Of a stretch of DNA of 32,000 bases, positions 1 through 7,639 are shown piece after piece. A model generated the notes under the pieces. That model had not been told where the DNA came from and made no database searches. It saw nothing but the letters and a program-made list of their open reading frames with translations. How positions within the stretch are numbered: the stretch's first letter is position 1; every line of letters starts with the position of its first letter. The translations under genes were made by a program, and so were the position numbers. This DNA is from Nitratidesulfovibrio vulgaris str. Hildenborough. GTDB taxonomy: Bacteria; Desulfobacterota; Desulfovibrionia; Desulfovibrionales; Desulfovibrionaceae. The DNA lies in assembly GCF_000195755.1 (NCBI RefSeq), contig NC_002937.3, positions 480,001 through 512,000 on the forward strand, written 5' to 3'.

Positions 1-1
1 C

Positions 2-541
2 TGTCGTACGGTGCTCGAAGGGCCGGGCGACCGCGCAGAACGTCTGCACGACCTGCTATGCGGCATCATCTCCAGCGCCTCGCGCTCGGTGCGCATCGTG
101 ACCCCGTACTTCCTGCCGTCGCGTGAGATCATCAGCGCCCTGCGGGCAGCGGCCCTGCGCGGGGTCGATGTGCGCGTCATGCTGCCTGCCCGCAACAACC
201 TTCCCTTCGTGCACTGGGCCACACGACACCTGCTGGAAAGCCTTGTGGACAGCGGGGTGCGCGTCTTCTACCAGCCGCCGCCCTTCTCGCATTCCAAGCT
301 GTTGCTGGTCGACGGCTACTATGCGCAGGTCGGGTCGGCCAACATCGACACGCGCAGTCTGCGGCTCAACTTCGAATTGACGGTGGAGGTCTTCGACACC
401 AGCGTCGTGCGGCAGTTGAACAGGCATTTCGACACGGTGCGGCGCATGAGCGAAGAGGTTCAGGCCAGTATGCTGGCCAGTAGACCCTTCGCCACGCGGG
501 TGCGGGATGCCCTGTTCTGGCTCTTCTCTCCGTATCTGTGA
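2..541 (+). CDS. cls: Cardiolipin synthase / phospholipase-D family protein, C-terminal fragment (5' end outside window)
   Basis: The frame is open to the window edge. The translation contains a perfect HKD motif, HSKLLLVDGYYAQVGSANID (HxKx4Dx6GSxN), in a context (VRIVTPYFLP..., LRGVDVRVMLP) typical of the second PLD domain of bacterial Cls. Stop at 539-541. Confidence 0.85.
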   Translation, partial: CRTVLEGPGDRAERLHDLLCGIISSASRSVRIVTPYFLPSREIISALRAAALRGVDVRVMLPARNNLPFVHWATRHLLESLVDSGVRVFYQPPPFSHSKLLLVDGYYAQVGSANIDTRSLRLNFELTVEVFDTSVVRQLNRHFDTVRRMSEEVQASMLASRPFATRVRDALFWLFSPYL

Positions 542-725
542 GCAGACGGGGAGGCATGGGCGCATGGTGGCGATCCCTGTCCGGGACATGCCGGAAAATG
601 CCATGAAATGACCTTGTCTGGCGGCATGTTGCGTCGGGGCTTGACAGCCTCTGCGCCGTGCGTATGTAGGGGGTCGCGCGACACCTCGTGTCGCAGACGT
701 CAAGCCTGAAGAGGTATCCCCGCTG

Positions 726-1616
726 ATGCTTCGTTTCCCCTTGTTCCTTGCCATGCTCATGGTGCTGCTCCTGCCCGGAGACGCACTCGCCTGGGGGCCG
801 GGTATCCACATGGCTACGGCCTCGTGGCTTCTCGACCATCTGCCCCTGCTGCCCGCCGCCCTCGCACAGGTGGTGGGGGCCCATCCCGCCGCCTTCCGCT
901 ACGGTTCGCTTTCCGCCGATATCTTCATCGGCAAGGGGTGCAGGGTGAAGCCGGGGCACAGCCATAACTGGTCGACGGCGCACGCCCTGCTGGACGAAGC
1001 CGACACGCCCGAGTTGCGTGCCTATGCGGCGGGCTATCTCGCCCACCTCGCTGCGGACACCGTGGCCCATAACCACTACGTGCCCAACCTGCTGCCCGGC
1101 ACACCCGGCAGCGGCAAGTTCTCGCATGTCTACATCGAGATGCAGGCTGACAGGCTTGTGGAGTGGGACGGTGCCTCGTACAGGCTCTTCGATGCCATGT
1201 CCGAAGCCGATAGCGCCCTGTTGCGTGCCACGGACAAGGCCGCCTTGCCGTTCCGTCTCAAGAAGCAGCTGTTCCGCGGTAGCGTGGCGGTGGCGGGGCG
1301 TCAGTCGTTCCGGCGTTCCTTGCGCATCGTGCACAGGATGATGCCCCACGCTGCCGACCGTGCCTACCTCGGCATGATGCTCGACATCAGCGCGCGTGCC
1401 GTGGTGGACGTCTTGCGTGACCCCTACGGTTCCGCCGTGCTTGATATCGACCCCATAGGCAGCGAGGCCCTCGATACGGCCCGTACAGCCTGCCGGTGCG
1501 CCACGCCGCTGGCCTTCCTTACGGTCGACCGCGAACTGCGCTTTCCGCTGGACGCCCGTCTGGCGTCCCTTCCCGCCTCTGGCGTCCCCTCGGGCAAGTC
1601 TGCCCACGCAGCCTGA
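726..1616 (+). CDS. Secreted zinc-dependent phospholipase C-like family protein (function putative)
   Basis: N-terminal signal peptide MLRFPLFLAMLMVLLLPGDALA with an ALA|W cleavage context, so Trp is the first mature residue as in Zn-PLC/alpha-toxin-type folds. His-rich metal motifs follow: WGPGIH, HSHNW, GYLAHLAADTVAHNHYVP. The product call rests on motif recall only. Confidence 0.7.
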   Translation: MLRFPLFLAMLMVLLLPGDALAWGPGIHMATASWLLDHLPLLPAALAQVVGAHPAAFRYGSLSADIFIGKGCRVKPGHSHNWSTAHALLDEADTPELRAYAAGYLAHLAADTVAHNHYVPNLLPGTPGSGKFSHVYIEMQADRLVEWDGASYRLFDAMSEADSALLRATDKAALPFRLKKQLFRGSVAVAGRQSFRRSLRIVHRMMPHAADRAYLGMMLDISARAVVDVLRDPYGSAVLDIDPIGSEALDTARTACRCATPLAFLTVDRELRFPLDARLASLPASGVPSGKSAHAA

Positions 1617-1823
1617 ATCCTGCCTGAGTCCTGCCCGCGTCCTGTTGCGGCTGATGGTGGATGCCTGTCGCCTTGCACCGGGCAGGGGCGTTGTCCTCTG
1701 CCGTCTGTCAGGCTGTCCTGCATAGGCGGTCTGCGCTGCGCGTCTCTTGCCCCGTCAGCGGCAGATGCTCTTCGCCTCGCCCCGTCGGTTCCAGCGTCGT
1801 TTGCAAGACCCTGCCGATGCAGG

Positions 1824-3176
1824 TCAGAGCAACGCGGAAAGCACCGAGATGGCAGCCGCCCCTATCACGACGATGCCGGGGTCGACCTTGCGCCACAGCG
1901 CCACGAAACCTCCTATGGCAAGGAGCGCCGGGAGTGGTTCGGGAGGCAGTGAGCGGACCACGGCGACCACCAGTGAGAACAGAAGCCCCGAAAGGGCGGC
2001 GAGGCTGGCGCGTACGCCGCGGTGATACAACCGGGAGCGTTCGATCAGAGACACCAGCGTATCCGCCGTCAGCAGGAAGAGCAGTGACGGGGTGAAGATG
2101 GACACCGCGGCGATGACGGCACCGAGAAGCTGGTCGACCCGCCATCCGATGAAGGCCGATGCCATGATGATGGGGCCGGGAGTTACCTGCCCGATGGCGA
2201 TGCCGTCGAGAAAGGCCGAATCGGGCATCCAGCCCCGCAATTCCACCACCTCGTGTCGCATGACGGGCAGCGATGCCAGCGCACCGCCGAAGGCCACGAG
2301 GTCGGTACGCATCATGGAGACGGCTAGCTCATACAGCCGTGGTGCAGCGAGCGCCAGCACCACGAGGAACGTCAGCGTGAGTGCAAGACCCGCCGTCAGT
2401 CGTATCGCACCCTTCCTGAAGTTGCGGTTCTCCCGGGGGCAGCCAGCGCCCGGCATCGTCTGTGCTGTCTTGGTGCAGGGCTGTGGCACGGGCACATCCT
2501 CCTCCCTGTAGACGAGGAGTCCGGCGGCGACGGCGAGGCCCAGCGGAAGCAGCGGGTGCAGTTCAAGGAGTGCCAGTCCGCATACGGCAAGGGCTATGAC
2601 CCTGTCGGCCCACGACCGGAGATAGCGAACGGCGAAATCCATGCCGCCATGCACCATGATGGCGAGTGTCACAGCCTTGATGCCCGTGAACGCGTGCTGG
2701 AAGGCCGGAAGTTCATGATTCTGCCAGTACAGTGCGGCAAGGGTCGTGATCATGGCGAAGGCGGGCAGTACGAAGCCTGCGAAGGCTGTCAGCATGCCGG
2801 GCACACCGCGTAGCTTCAGTCCGCAATGCGCCGATACCTGCATGACCGTGGCACCCGGTACGGCCTGACAGATGGCGACCGTGGCCTTGAACGATTTTTC
2901 ATCGAGCCATCGACGCCGTTCAACGACCATGCGCCGCACATGGGGCAACATGGCGGGGCCTCCGAAGGCCGTCAGACCCACGCGCAGGAAGGAGAGGAAC
3001 AGGGCCGCATGGCCGGGGGGGCGGTGTGGTGCGTCATCGGGCTGAGGTGCCGCCTCGTTGGCGACTGCCGCTGTGCCGGTGGCGTCGCCCTTGGCAATCT
3101 CATTCGTGTCTCGTCCGCAAGGGCCTTGCCCTTCAGGCGGGGCATGATGCCCTGCGTGTTGCGCCGTATCCGCCAT
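1824..3176 (-). CDS. chrA: Chromate transporter, long-chain CHR family (two fused CHR domains)
   Basis: Two CHR-type repeats: LRVGLTAFGGPAMLPHVRRMVVERRRWLDEKSF, and a second half TDLVAFGGALASLPVMRHEVVELRGWM. The protein is a polytopic membrane protein. I chose the start at ATG 3176 (MADTAQ...), preceded by GGATGGAAG, rather than the ORF-track start at 3254. The N-terminal ~60 aa are low complexity, so the true start is uncertain. Confidence 0.88.
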   Translation of the reverse strand: MADTAQHAGHHAPPEGQGPCGRDTNEIAKGDATGTAAVANEAAPQPDDAPHRPPGHAALFLSFLRVGLTAFGGPAMLPHVRRMVVERRRWLDEKSFKATVAICQAVPGATVMQVSAHCGLKLRGVPGMLTAFAGFVLPAFAMITTLAALYWQNHELPAFQHAFTGIKAVTLAIMVHGGMDFAVRYLRSWADRVIALAVCGLALLELHPLLPLGLAVAAGLLVYREEDVPVPQPCTKTAQTMPGAGCPRENRNFRKGAIRLTAGLALTLTFLVVLALAAPRLYELAVSMMRTDLVAFGGALASLPVMRHEVVELRGWMPDSAFLDGIAIGQVTPGPIIMASAFIGWRVDQLLGAVIAAVSIFTPSLLFLLTADTLVSLIERSRLYHRGVRASLAALSGLLFSLVVAVVRSLPPEPLPALLAIGGFVALWRKVDPGIVVIGAAAISVLSALL

Positions 3177-3653
3177 GTTCTTCCATCCTTCTGCGAAAGT
3201 ACAATGCCATGGGCTTGCAGGCGTCGGGTACAGGCACGTGCCCGTGAAAAGCATGAACCGACGAAGATGATCCAGTTTGCATTTCTTTCTGGGACCTTAT
3301 CGTGGGCACTCCCTGACGCAATGGGCTACCAAGGAACGCCGTCCATGTTGAAGGCCCGCAAAGGGTATCCTGCGTACGGCGCACGGGGCGGGCTGCTGTA
3401 AGGTTCGTGCAGGGTACGCGGTATCGGCGTGGTGCCTTCTTGCTTCGATGGTCTTTTGGCTGCACATCATGAAGCGGGTGCGGGCGGGGCATATCCCGTA
3501 AGTGCCCCACGGTCTGCAGCCAAGCCGCCGGGTGTTCATGGACGTTGGCCTGGTCTGTCATGACGTTTCATGTCGTTCCGAATCCACCCTTGAAGCGTAA
3601 CCATGTAACCTTCTCCGGCAGGGGGCGAGCCCATCGGAGTACAGGAGAACGCC

Positions 3654-3974
3654 ATGCATCATGATATGATTGCCATTACCGCCGAAGTCGTCGCAAGGGA
3701 AGGGCATGAGGCCAAGGCCGCTGAACTTCTTGCAGGACTCGCCGCCGCCACCTCACACCATGCCGGAGTGCTGCGGTACGAGGTGCAGCGTCAGGCCGGA
3801 AATCCGCGCGTATTCATGGTGGTCGAACTTTGGGCCGACCGTGCCTCGCTGGAGGCGCACAAGAATACGGAGGATATGCGGTGCTTCATCGAAGCTGCCC
3901 CGGCAGTACTCGAAGGCGCATGGCTTGTGCGTGAATGGCAGGGCGTTGCGGCGTCTGTAATCCCCGCAGCGTAG
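3654..3974 (+). CDS. Antibiotic-biosynthesis-monooxygenase (ABM) domain protein / putative quinol monooxygenase
   Basis: A 106-aa single ABM ferredoxin-like fold pattern: ITAEVVAREGHE...LRYEVQRQAGNPRVFMVVELWADRASLEAHKNTEDMRCF. An AGGAGAA Shine-Dalgarno sequence lies 5 nt upstream of the ATG. Confidence 0.85.
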   Translation: MHHDMIAITAEVVAREGHEAKAAELLAGLAAATSHHAGVLRYEVQRQAGNPRVFMVVELWADRASLEAHKNTEDMRCFIEAAPAVLEGAWLVREWQGVAASVIPAA

Positions 3975-4310
3975 GTTCTCTGCCCTGTCCCGGGACTTCT
4001 CGGATGTGTGACCGGCGTATACGCTTCAGGGCTGGCGCCGGTATCTTACATCCGGGGCGGGATGCGGACGAGGATGTCTTCGGGCAGCTGTCTGCCTGAC
4101 TGCTGACGCGCCTTGCGCCGGGCCATATGCCAGCCCATGTACCAGTCCCCGTGCTGGGGGGCCGTAGGCAGTACACCTTGTCGATGGCTTGCCCGAGTGC
4201 CCTTGGTGTCACGTTCATGCGGTGACAGACGTTGGCAGCGAAGTGCAGGGCAATGAAGTGAAGACCGGGCTGGCCTTGTCCGCAACGATGGGGACAGCCT
4301 GAACATGAGA

Positions 4311-4336
4311 AGGGGCACGGCGTTCGCCGTGCCCCT
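4311..4336 (-). terminator. Stem-loop terminator candidate downstream of echF
   Basis: Perfect 11-bp GC-rich stem AGGGGCACGGC / GCCGTGCCCCT with a GTTC loop, 32 nt after the echF stop. On the minus strand it is followed by TCTCATGTTC, only a weak U tract. Confidence 0.55.
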
Positions 4337-4367
4337 TTGTCAGACATGGTTGCAGGTGCAGCTGCCG

Positions 4368-4769
4368 CTATTCGGAAGCCGTCTCGGCAGCCTGAGGGGC
4401 CGCAGGCGCCTCGGCCTTTTCGGCCTTCTTCGAGCGGCGGGGCGTACCCTGCAGCTGTACCACGAACTTCTCGGGGGCGGGCGCGCGGTGCACGTTCACC
4501 ATCGAGAGGCACTGCGTGGGGCAGGCATCGACGCATACAGAGCAGTAGACGCAGGCGAAGGGGTCGCAGTCCCACGTGCCGGCCTTGGGGTCGACCGTGA
4601 TGCACTGCGAGGGGCACTTTATCTGGCAGCTCTTGCAGAAGATGCAGTCTTCGATCTTGTTCACGAGACGCCCGCGGAAGCCTTCGAAGGCCGGACGGGT
4701 CTGGAACGGATAGAGCCGCGTCGCGTACTTGCGCGACAGGTTCTTGAGGACGTTGCTGAGCATGTACAT
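4368..4769 (-). CDS. echF: Ech hydrogenase subunit F, 2x[4Fe-4S] ferredoxin (NuoI-like)
   Basis: Two CxxCxxCxxxCP clusters (CIFCKSCQIKCP and CVYCSVCVDACP). It is the last gene of the ech operon, 18 nt after echE. Confidence 0.9.
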   Translation of the reverse strand: MYMLSNVLKNLSRKYATRLYPFQTRPAFEGFRGRLVNKIEDCIFCKSCQIKCPSQCITVDPKAGTWDCDPFACVYCSVCVDACPTQCLSMVNVHRAPAPEKFVVQLQGTPRRSKKAEKAEAPAAPQAAETASE

Positions 4770-4787
4770 GGTGTTGTCTCCCTGCTG

Positions 4788-5864
4788 CTAGCGCTCTGTG
4801 CAGCTGATGCACGGGTCGATGGACAGTACCGCCACGGGCACGTCCGCCAGTTGCAGACCGCCCATGATGGCGAGCAGCGGCGGGATGTTGGCGAATGTGG
4901 GAGTGCGGATGCGTACACGTTCAAGGTGCTTCGAGCCGTTACCCTTGACGTAGTACATGAGCTCGCCACGCGGCTGTTCCACACGCGCCACGACTTCACC
5001 TTCCGGCTTGCCGGGAACCTTCACGGAGAGTTCGGTGTCCGGAAGCTTGGAGATGGCCTGACGCACGAGGTCTACCGACTGGAGCACTTCGAGGAAGCGC
5101 ACCTTGCAGCGTGCCCACGAGTCGCCGTCGGGTACGGCGATGGGTTCGAAGTCGAGTTCGTCGAAGGCCGCGTACTGCAGCTGGCGGGCGTCCTGCGCCA
5201 CGCCGCTGCCGCGCAGCATGGGGCCGACGGCACCAAGCTGGATGGCCTGCTGTGCGGTGAGTACGCCCACACCCTTGGTGCGCTTGCACACGGTGTAGTC
5301 GTCGAGGATGGTGGTCATCAGGGCACGGATTTCGCGTTCGAGGTGGTTCATCTCGTCGAGAATCCACTTCTGGTGTTCAGGCGACAGGTCGCGGCGCACA
5401 CCACCCACGATGTTGGTGGAGATGACCACGCGGTTGCCCGCTGTGGCTTCGTTGATGTCCATGACGCGCTCGCGCACTTTCCAGAACTGCATGAACAGGC
5501 TCTCGAAGCCGAAGCCGTCGGCGAAGAGACCGAGCCACAGCAGGTGGCTGTGGATACGGTGCAGTTCCGACCAGATGGTGCGCAGGACCTTGGCGCGACG
5601 GGGCACTTCGACGTTCATCATGCACTCGAGCGACTGGCAGTAGCACATGGCGTGGATGCACGAGCAGATGCCGCACACGCGCTCGACCACGTAGACCATC
5701 TGGTTGTAGTCGCGGATGGAGGCGAGGGTCTCGAGGCCGCGGTGGACGTAGCCGAGGGCCGGAATGGCTTCGACCACGGTCTCGTCCTCGACGACCAGCT
5801 TCAGGTGCAGGGGCTCCGGCAGAACCGGATGCTGCGGGCCGAAAGGAATGATGGTGCGGGACAT
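4788..5864 (-). CDS. echE: Ech [NiFe] hydrogenase large subunit (NuoD-like, group 4)
   Basis: N-terminal Ni-Fe ligand motif RVCGICSCIH (RxCGxC) and C-terminal DPCISCTER (DPCxxC). The 358-aa size is typical of energy-converting group 4 large subunits. Confidence 0.95.
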   Translation of the reverse strand: MSRTIIPFGPQHPVLPEPLHLKLVVEDETVVEAIPALGYVHRGLETLASIRDYNQMVYVVERVCGICSCIHAMCYCQSLECMMNVEVPRRAKVLRTIWSELHRIHSHLLWLGLFADGFGFESLFMQFWKVRERVMDINEATAGNRVVISTNIVGGVRRDLSPEHQKWILDEMNHLEREIRALMTTILDDYTVCKRTKGVGVLTAQQAIQLGAVGPMLRGSGVAQDARQLQYAAFDELDFEPIAVPDGDSWARCKVRFLEVLQSVDLVRQAISKLPDTELSVKVPGKPEGEVVARVEQPRGELMYYVKGNGSKHLERVRIRTPTFANIPPLLAIMGGLQLADVPVAVLSIDPCISCTER

Positions 5865-5876
5865 GGGACCTACCTC

Positions 5877-6269
5877 TTATGCCTTCTTCTGGATGGTGGA
5901 GATCTTGCAGAACGGGGCGGACATGCTGCCCGTGATCTCGTCATCCAGGTAGAGGGTCCTGTTGAAGTCGAGCACCAGACCGTCAAAGGTCAGGCCGAAC
6001 TGGTCACGGGCCTCGTTTTCGATGAGCAGGGCGGCGAAATACACCGGCGTCAGGCTGGGGATGGGCTGGTCCTTGGGGGTCGTCAGCCGGTAGTGCACGA
6101 ACTCGAGGTCCTTGTCGAAGTGGTAGATGATGTCGACGTTGCCGTCGCCAAGATCGACCACCGAGTAGGTGACGAGCCTGTAGTCCTGCTCGAAGAGCGC
6201 CTTGGCCTCGCCGACGATGGCGTCGATGGCGATGGGTTTGGCGTTCAGTATCTCGGTATGGTTGGGCAT
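5877..6269 (-). CDS. echD: Ech hydrogenase subunit D (NuoC-like small soluble subunit)
   Basis: A 130-aa ORF between echC and echE with 12-35 nt spacers. The call rests on position and size in the conserved echABCDEF order, plus the NuoC-like segment YHFDKDLEFVHYRL. Confidence 0.8.
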   Translation of the reverse strand: MPNHTEILNAKPIAIDAIVGEAKALFEQDYRLVTYSVVDLGDGNVDIIYHFDKDLEFVHYRLTTPKDQPIPSLTPVYFAALLIENEARDQFGLTFDGLVLDFNRTLYLDDEITGSMSAPFCKISTIQKKA

Positions 6270-6304
6270 GGTGTTTCCTCGTCTTAACGTCGTGAGAGGC
6301 TTGC

Positions 6305-6778
6305 CTACTCGATGACGGTCACTTTGGGCATCTCGGCGAGACCAAGCTTGGCCTTGACCACCTCAAGCGCGGTGACCACGCCGTCGATGATGGCCTCGGG
6401 CTTGGCCGGGCAGCCCGGCACATAGACGTCGACGGGGATGACCTGGTCGACGCCGCCGACGACGTTGTAGCACTCGCGGAACACGCCGCCCGAACTGCCG
6501 CAGGCCCCGATGGCGATGACGGCCTTGGGGTCGGGCATCTGGTCGTAGATGTTCTTGAGCACCTTCTTGTTGCGATGGTTGACCGTGCCGGTCACCAGCA
6601 GTACGTCGGCGTGCTTGGGGTTGCCCACGTTGATGATGCCGAAGCGTTCGACGTCGAACACGGGGGTAAGGCAGGCGAGCACTTCAATGTCGCAGCCGTT
6701 GCACGAACCACAGTCGAAGTGGACGACCCACGGGGACTTGAGGCGGCCCTTGTTGATCCAGTCTTTGATGAGACTCAT
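6305..6778 (-). CDS. echC: Ech hydrogenase small subunit (NuoB-like, one [4Fe-4S])
   Basis: NuoB/hydrogenase small-subunit cysteine pattern: CGSCNGC ... GACGSSGG ... PGCP. Confidence 0.93.
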   Translation of the reverse strand: MSLIKDWINKGRLKSPWVVHFDCGSCNGCDIEVLACLTPVFDVERFGIINVGNPKHADVLLVTGTVNHRNKKVLKNIYDQMPDPKAVIAIGACGSSGGVFRECYNVVGGVDQVIPVDVYVPGCPAKPEAIIDGVVTALEVVKAKLGLAEMPKVTVIE

Positions 6779-6790
6779 CTCTGCCTCCGC

Positions 6791-7639
6791 CTAGCTGACG
6801 TACAGCCAAAGGATGTTGAACATCGACAGCACGAGGCCCACGCCGAGCGCGCCCTTGAGCATCCACTGCCACGTCATGCGGGCAGTGATGTTGTCGATGA
6901 GCACTTCGATGAAGTAGGTCACAGCCAGAAGCAGCAGCATGCCGGTCAGGCTGGTGTGCCAGAACAGGGTGCACAGGCCGAGAATCAGCACCACGTCGAA
7001 CCAGTGGCCTATCTCAAGCAGTGCAAGGTGCGGGCCCGAGTACTCGGTGAGCACGCCGCGCACGATTTCCTGATGCGCGTGGTGACATGCGGAGATGTCG
7101 AAGGGCGACTTGCGCAGCTTGATGGTCAGCGCATAGCCCAGCGCGATGAACAGGAACGGCATCTGCGTGAGCAGCGGCTTTTCCAGCGCGTAGACGTCGG
7201 AGATCATGAAGCTGCCCGTGGCCATGGAGATGCCCACGAACACGAGGATGATCAGCGGCTCGTAGGCGAGCATCTGGATGAGCTCACGCTGTGCGCCGAC
7301 CTGGCTGTAGGGCGAGTTGACCGACAGGGCACCCACCACCTGGAAGACCGCGCCCACCGTCATCACGAAGAAGAGCAGCAGCAGGTCGCCCTGCATGAAG
7401 AACAGGAAGACCGCAAGGGCGGAGGAGACCACGTAGATGTAGGCGCACAGCACCTGCCACGAGTTGACCACCATCGGCGCTTTGCCGAGGAGCTTCAGCA
7501 CGTCGTAGAAGGGCTGGAGTATGGGCGGCCCGAAGCGCGACTGAAGGCGGGCGGTGATGCGACGGTCGAGACCGGCGATGAGACCGCCGAGGACGGGCGT
7601 GGCCGCAAGCCCGATGAGGGCGAGGATGAGTTTGAACAT
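6791..7639 (-). CDS. echB: Ech hydrogenase membrane subunit B (NuoH-like)
   Basis: A 282-aa polytopic membrane protein with NuoH/HycD-like segments (GLDRRITARLQSRFGPP, SPFDISACHHAHQE). Its ATG overlaps the echA stop by 1 nt (TAATG). Confidence 0.92.
   Translation of the reverse strand: MFKLILALIGLAATPVLGGLIAGLDRRITARLQSRFGPPILQPFYDVLKLLGKAPMVVNSWQVLCAYIYVVSSALAVFLFFMQGDLLLLFFVMTVGAVFQVVGALSVNSPYSQVGAQRELIQMLAYEPLIILVFVGISMATGSFMISDVYALEKPLLTQMPFLFIALGYALTIKLRKSPFDISACHHAHQEIVRGVLTEYSGPHLALLEIGHWFDVVLILGLCTLFWHTSLTGMLLLLAVTYFIEVLIDNITARMTWQWMLKGALGVGLVLSMFNILWLYVS

Noticed and set aside
366-1607. 413-aa minus-strand ORF and neighbours (56-811, 460-684)
   Set aside because: They are antisense to cls and the PLC-like gene. 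They are Arg/Gly/His-rich and have no ribosome-binding site.
1636-1685. CCTGCCCG … CGGGCAGG 8-bp inverted repeat between the convergent PLC-like and chrA genes as a terminator
   Set aside because: The loop is ~34 nt and no U tract follows on either strand. This is too weak to call a terminator.
3560-3585. GTTCCGAATCC resembling a tRNA T-loop
   Set aside because: The flanking bases do not form a T-stem, and no acceptor or anticodon arms can be drawn. It is not a tRNA.
4305-6287. 660-aa ORF on the plus strand
   Set aside because: It is antisense to echF/echE/echD, whose products carry unmistakable hydrogenase motifs. Its translation is Arg/Gly/His/Asp/Val-rich with no recognisable domain, a typical high-GC shadow ORF.
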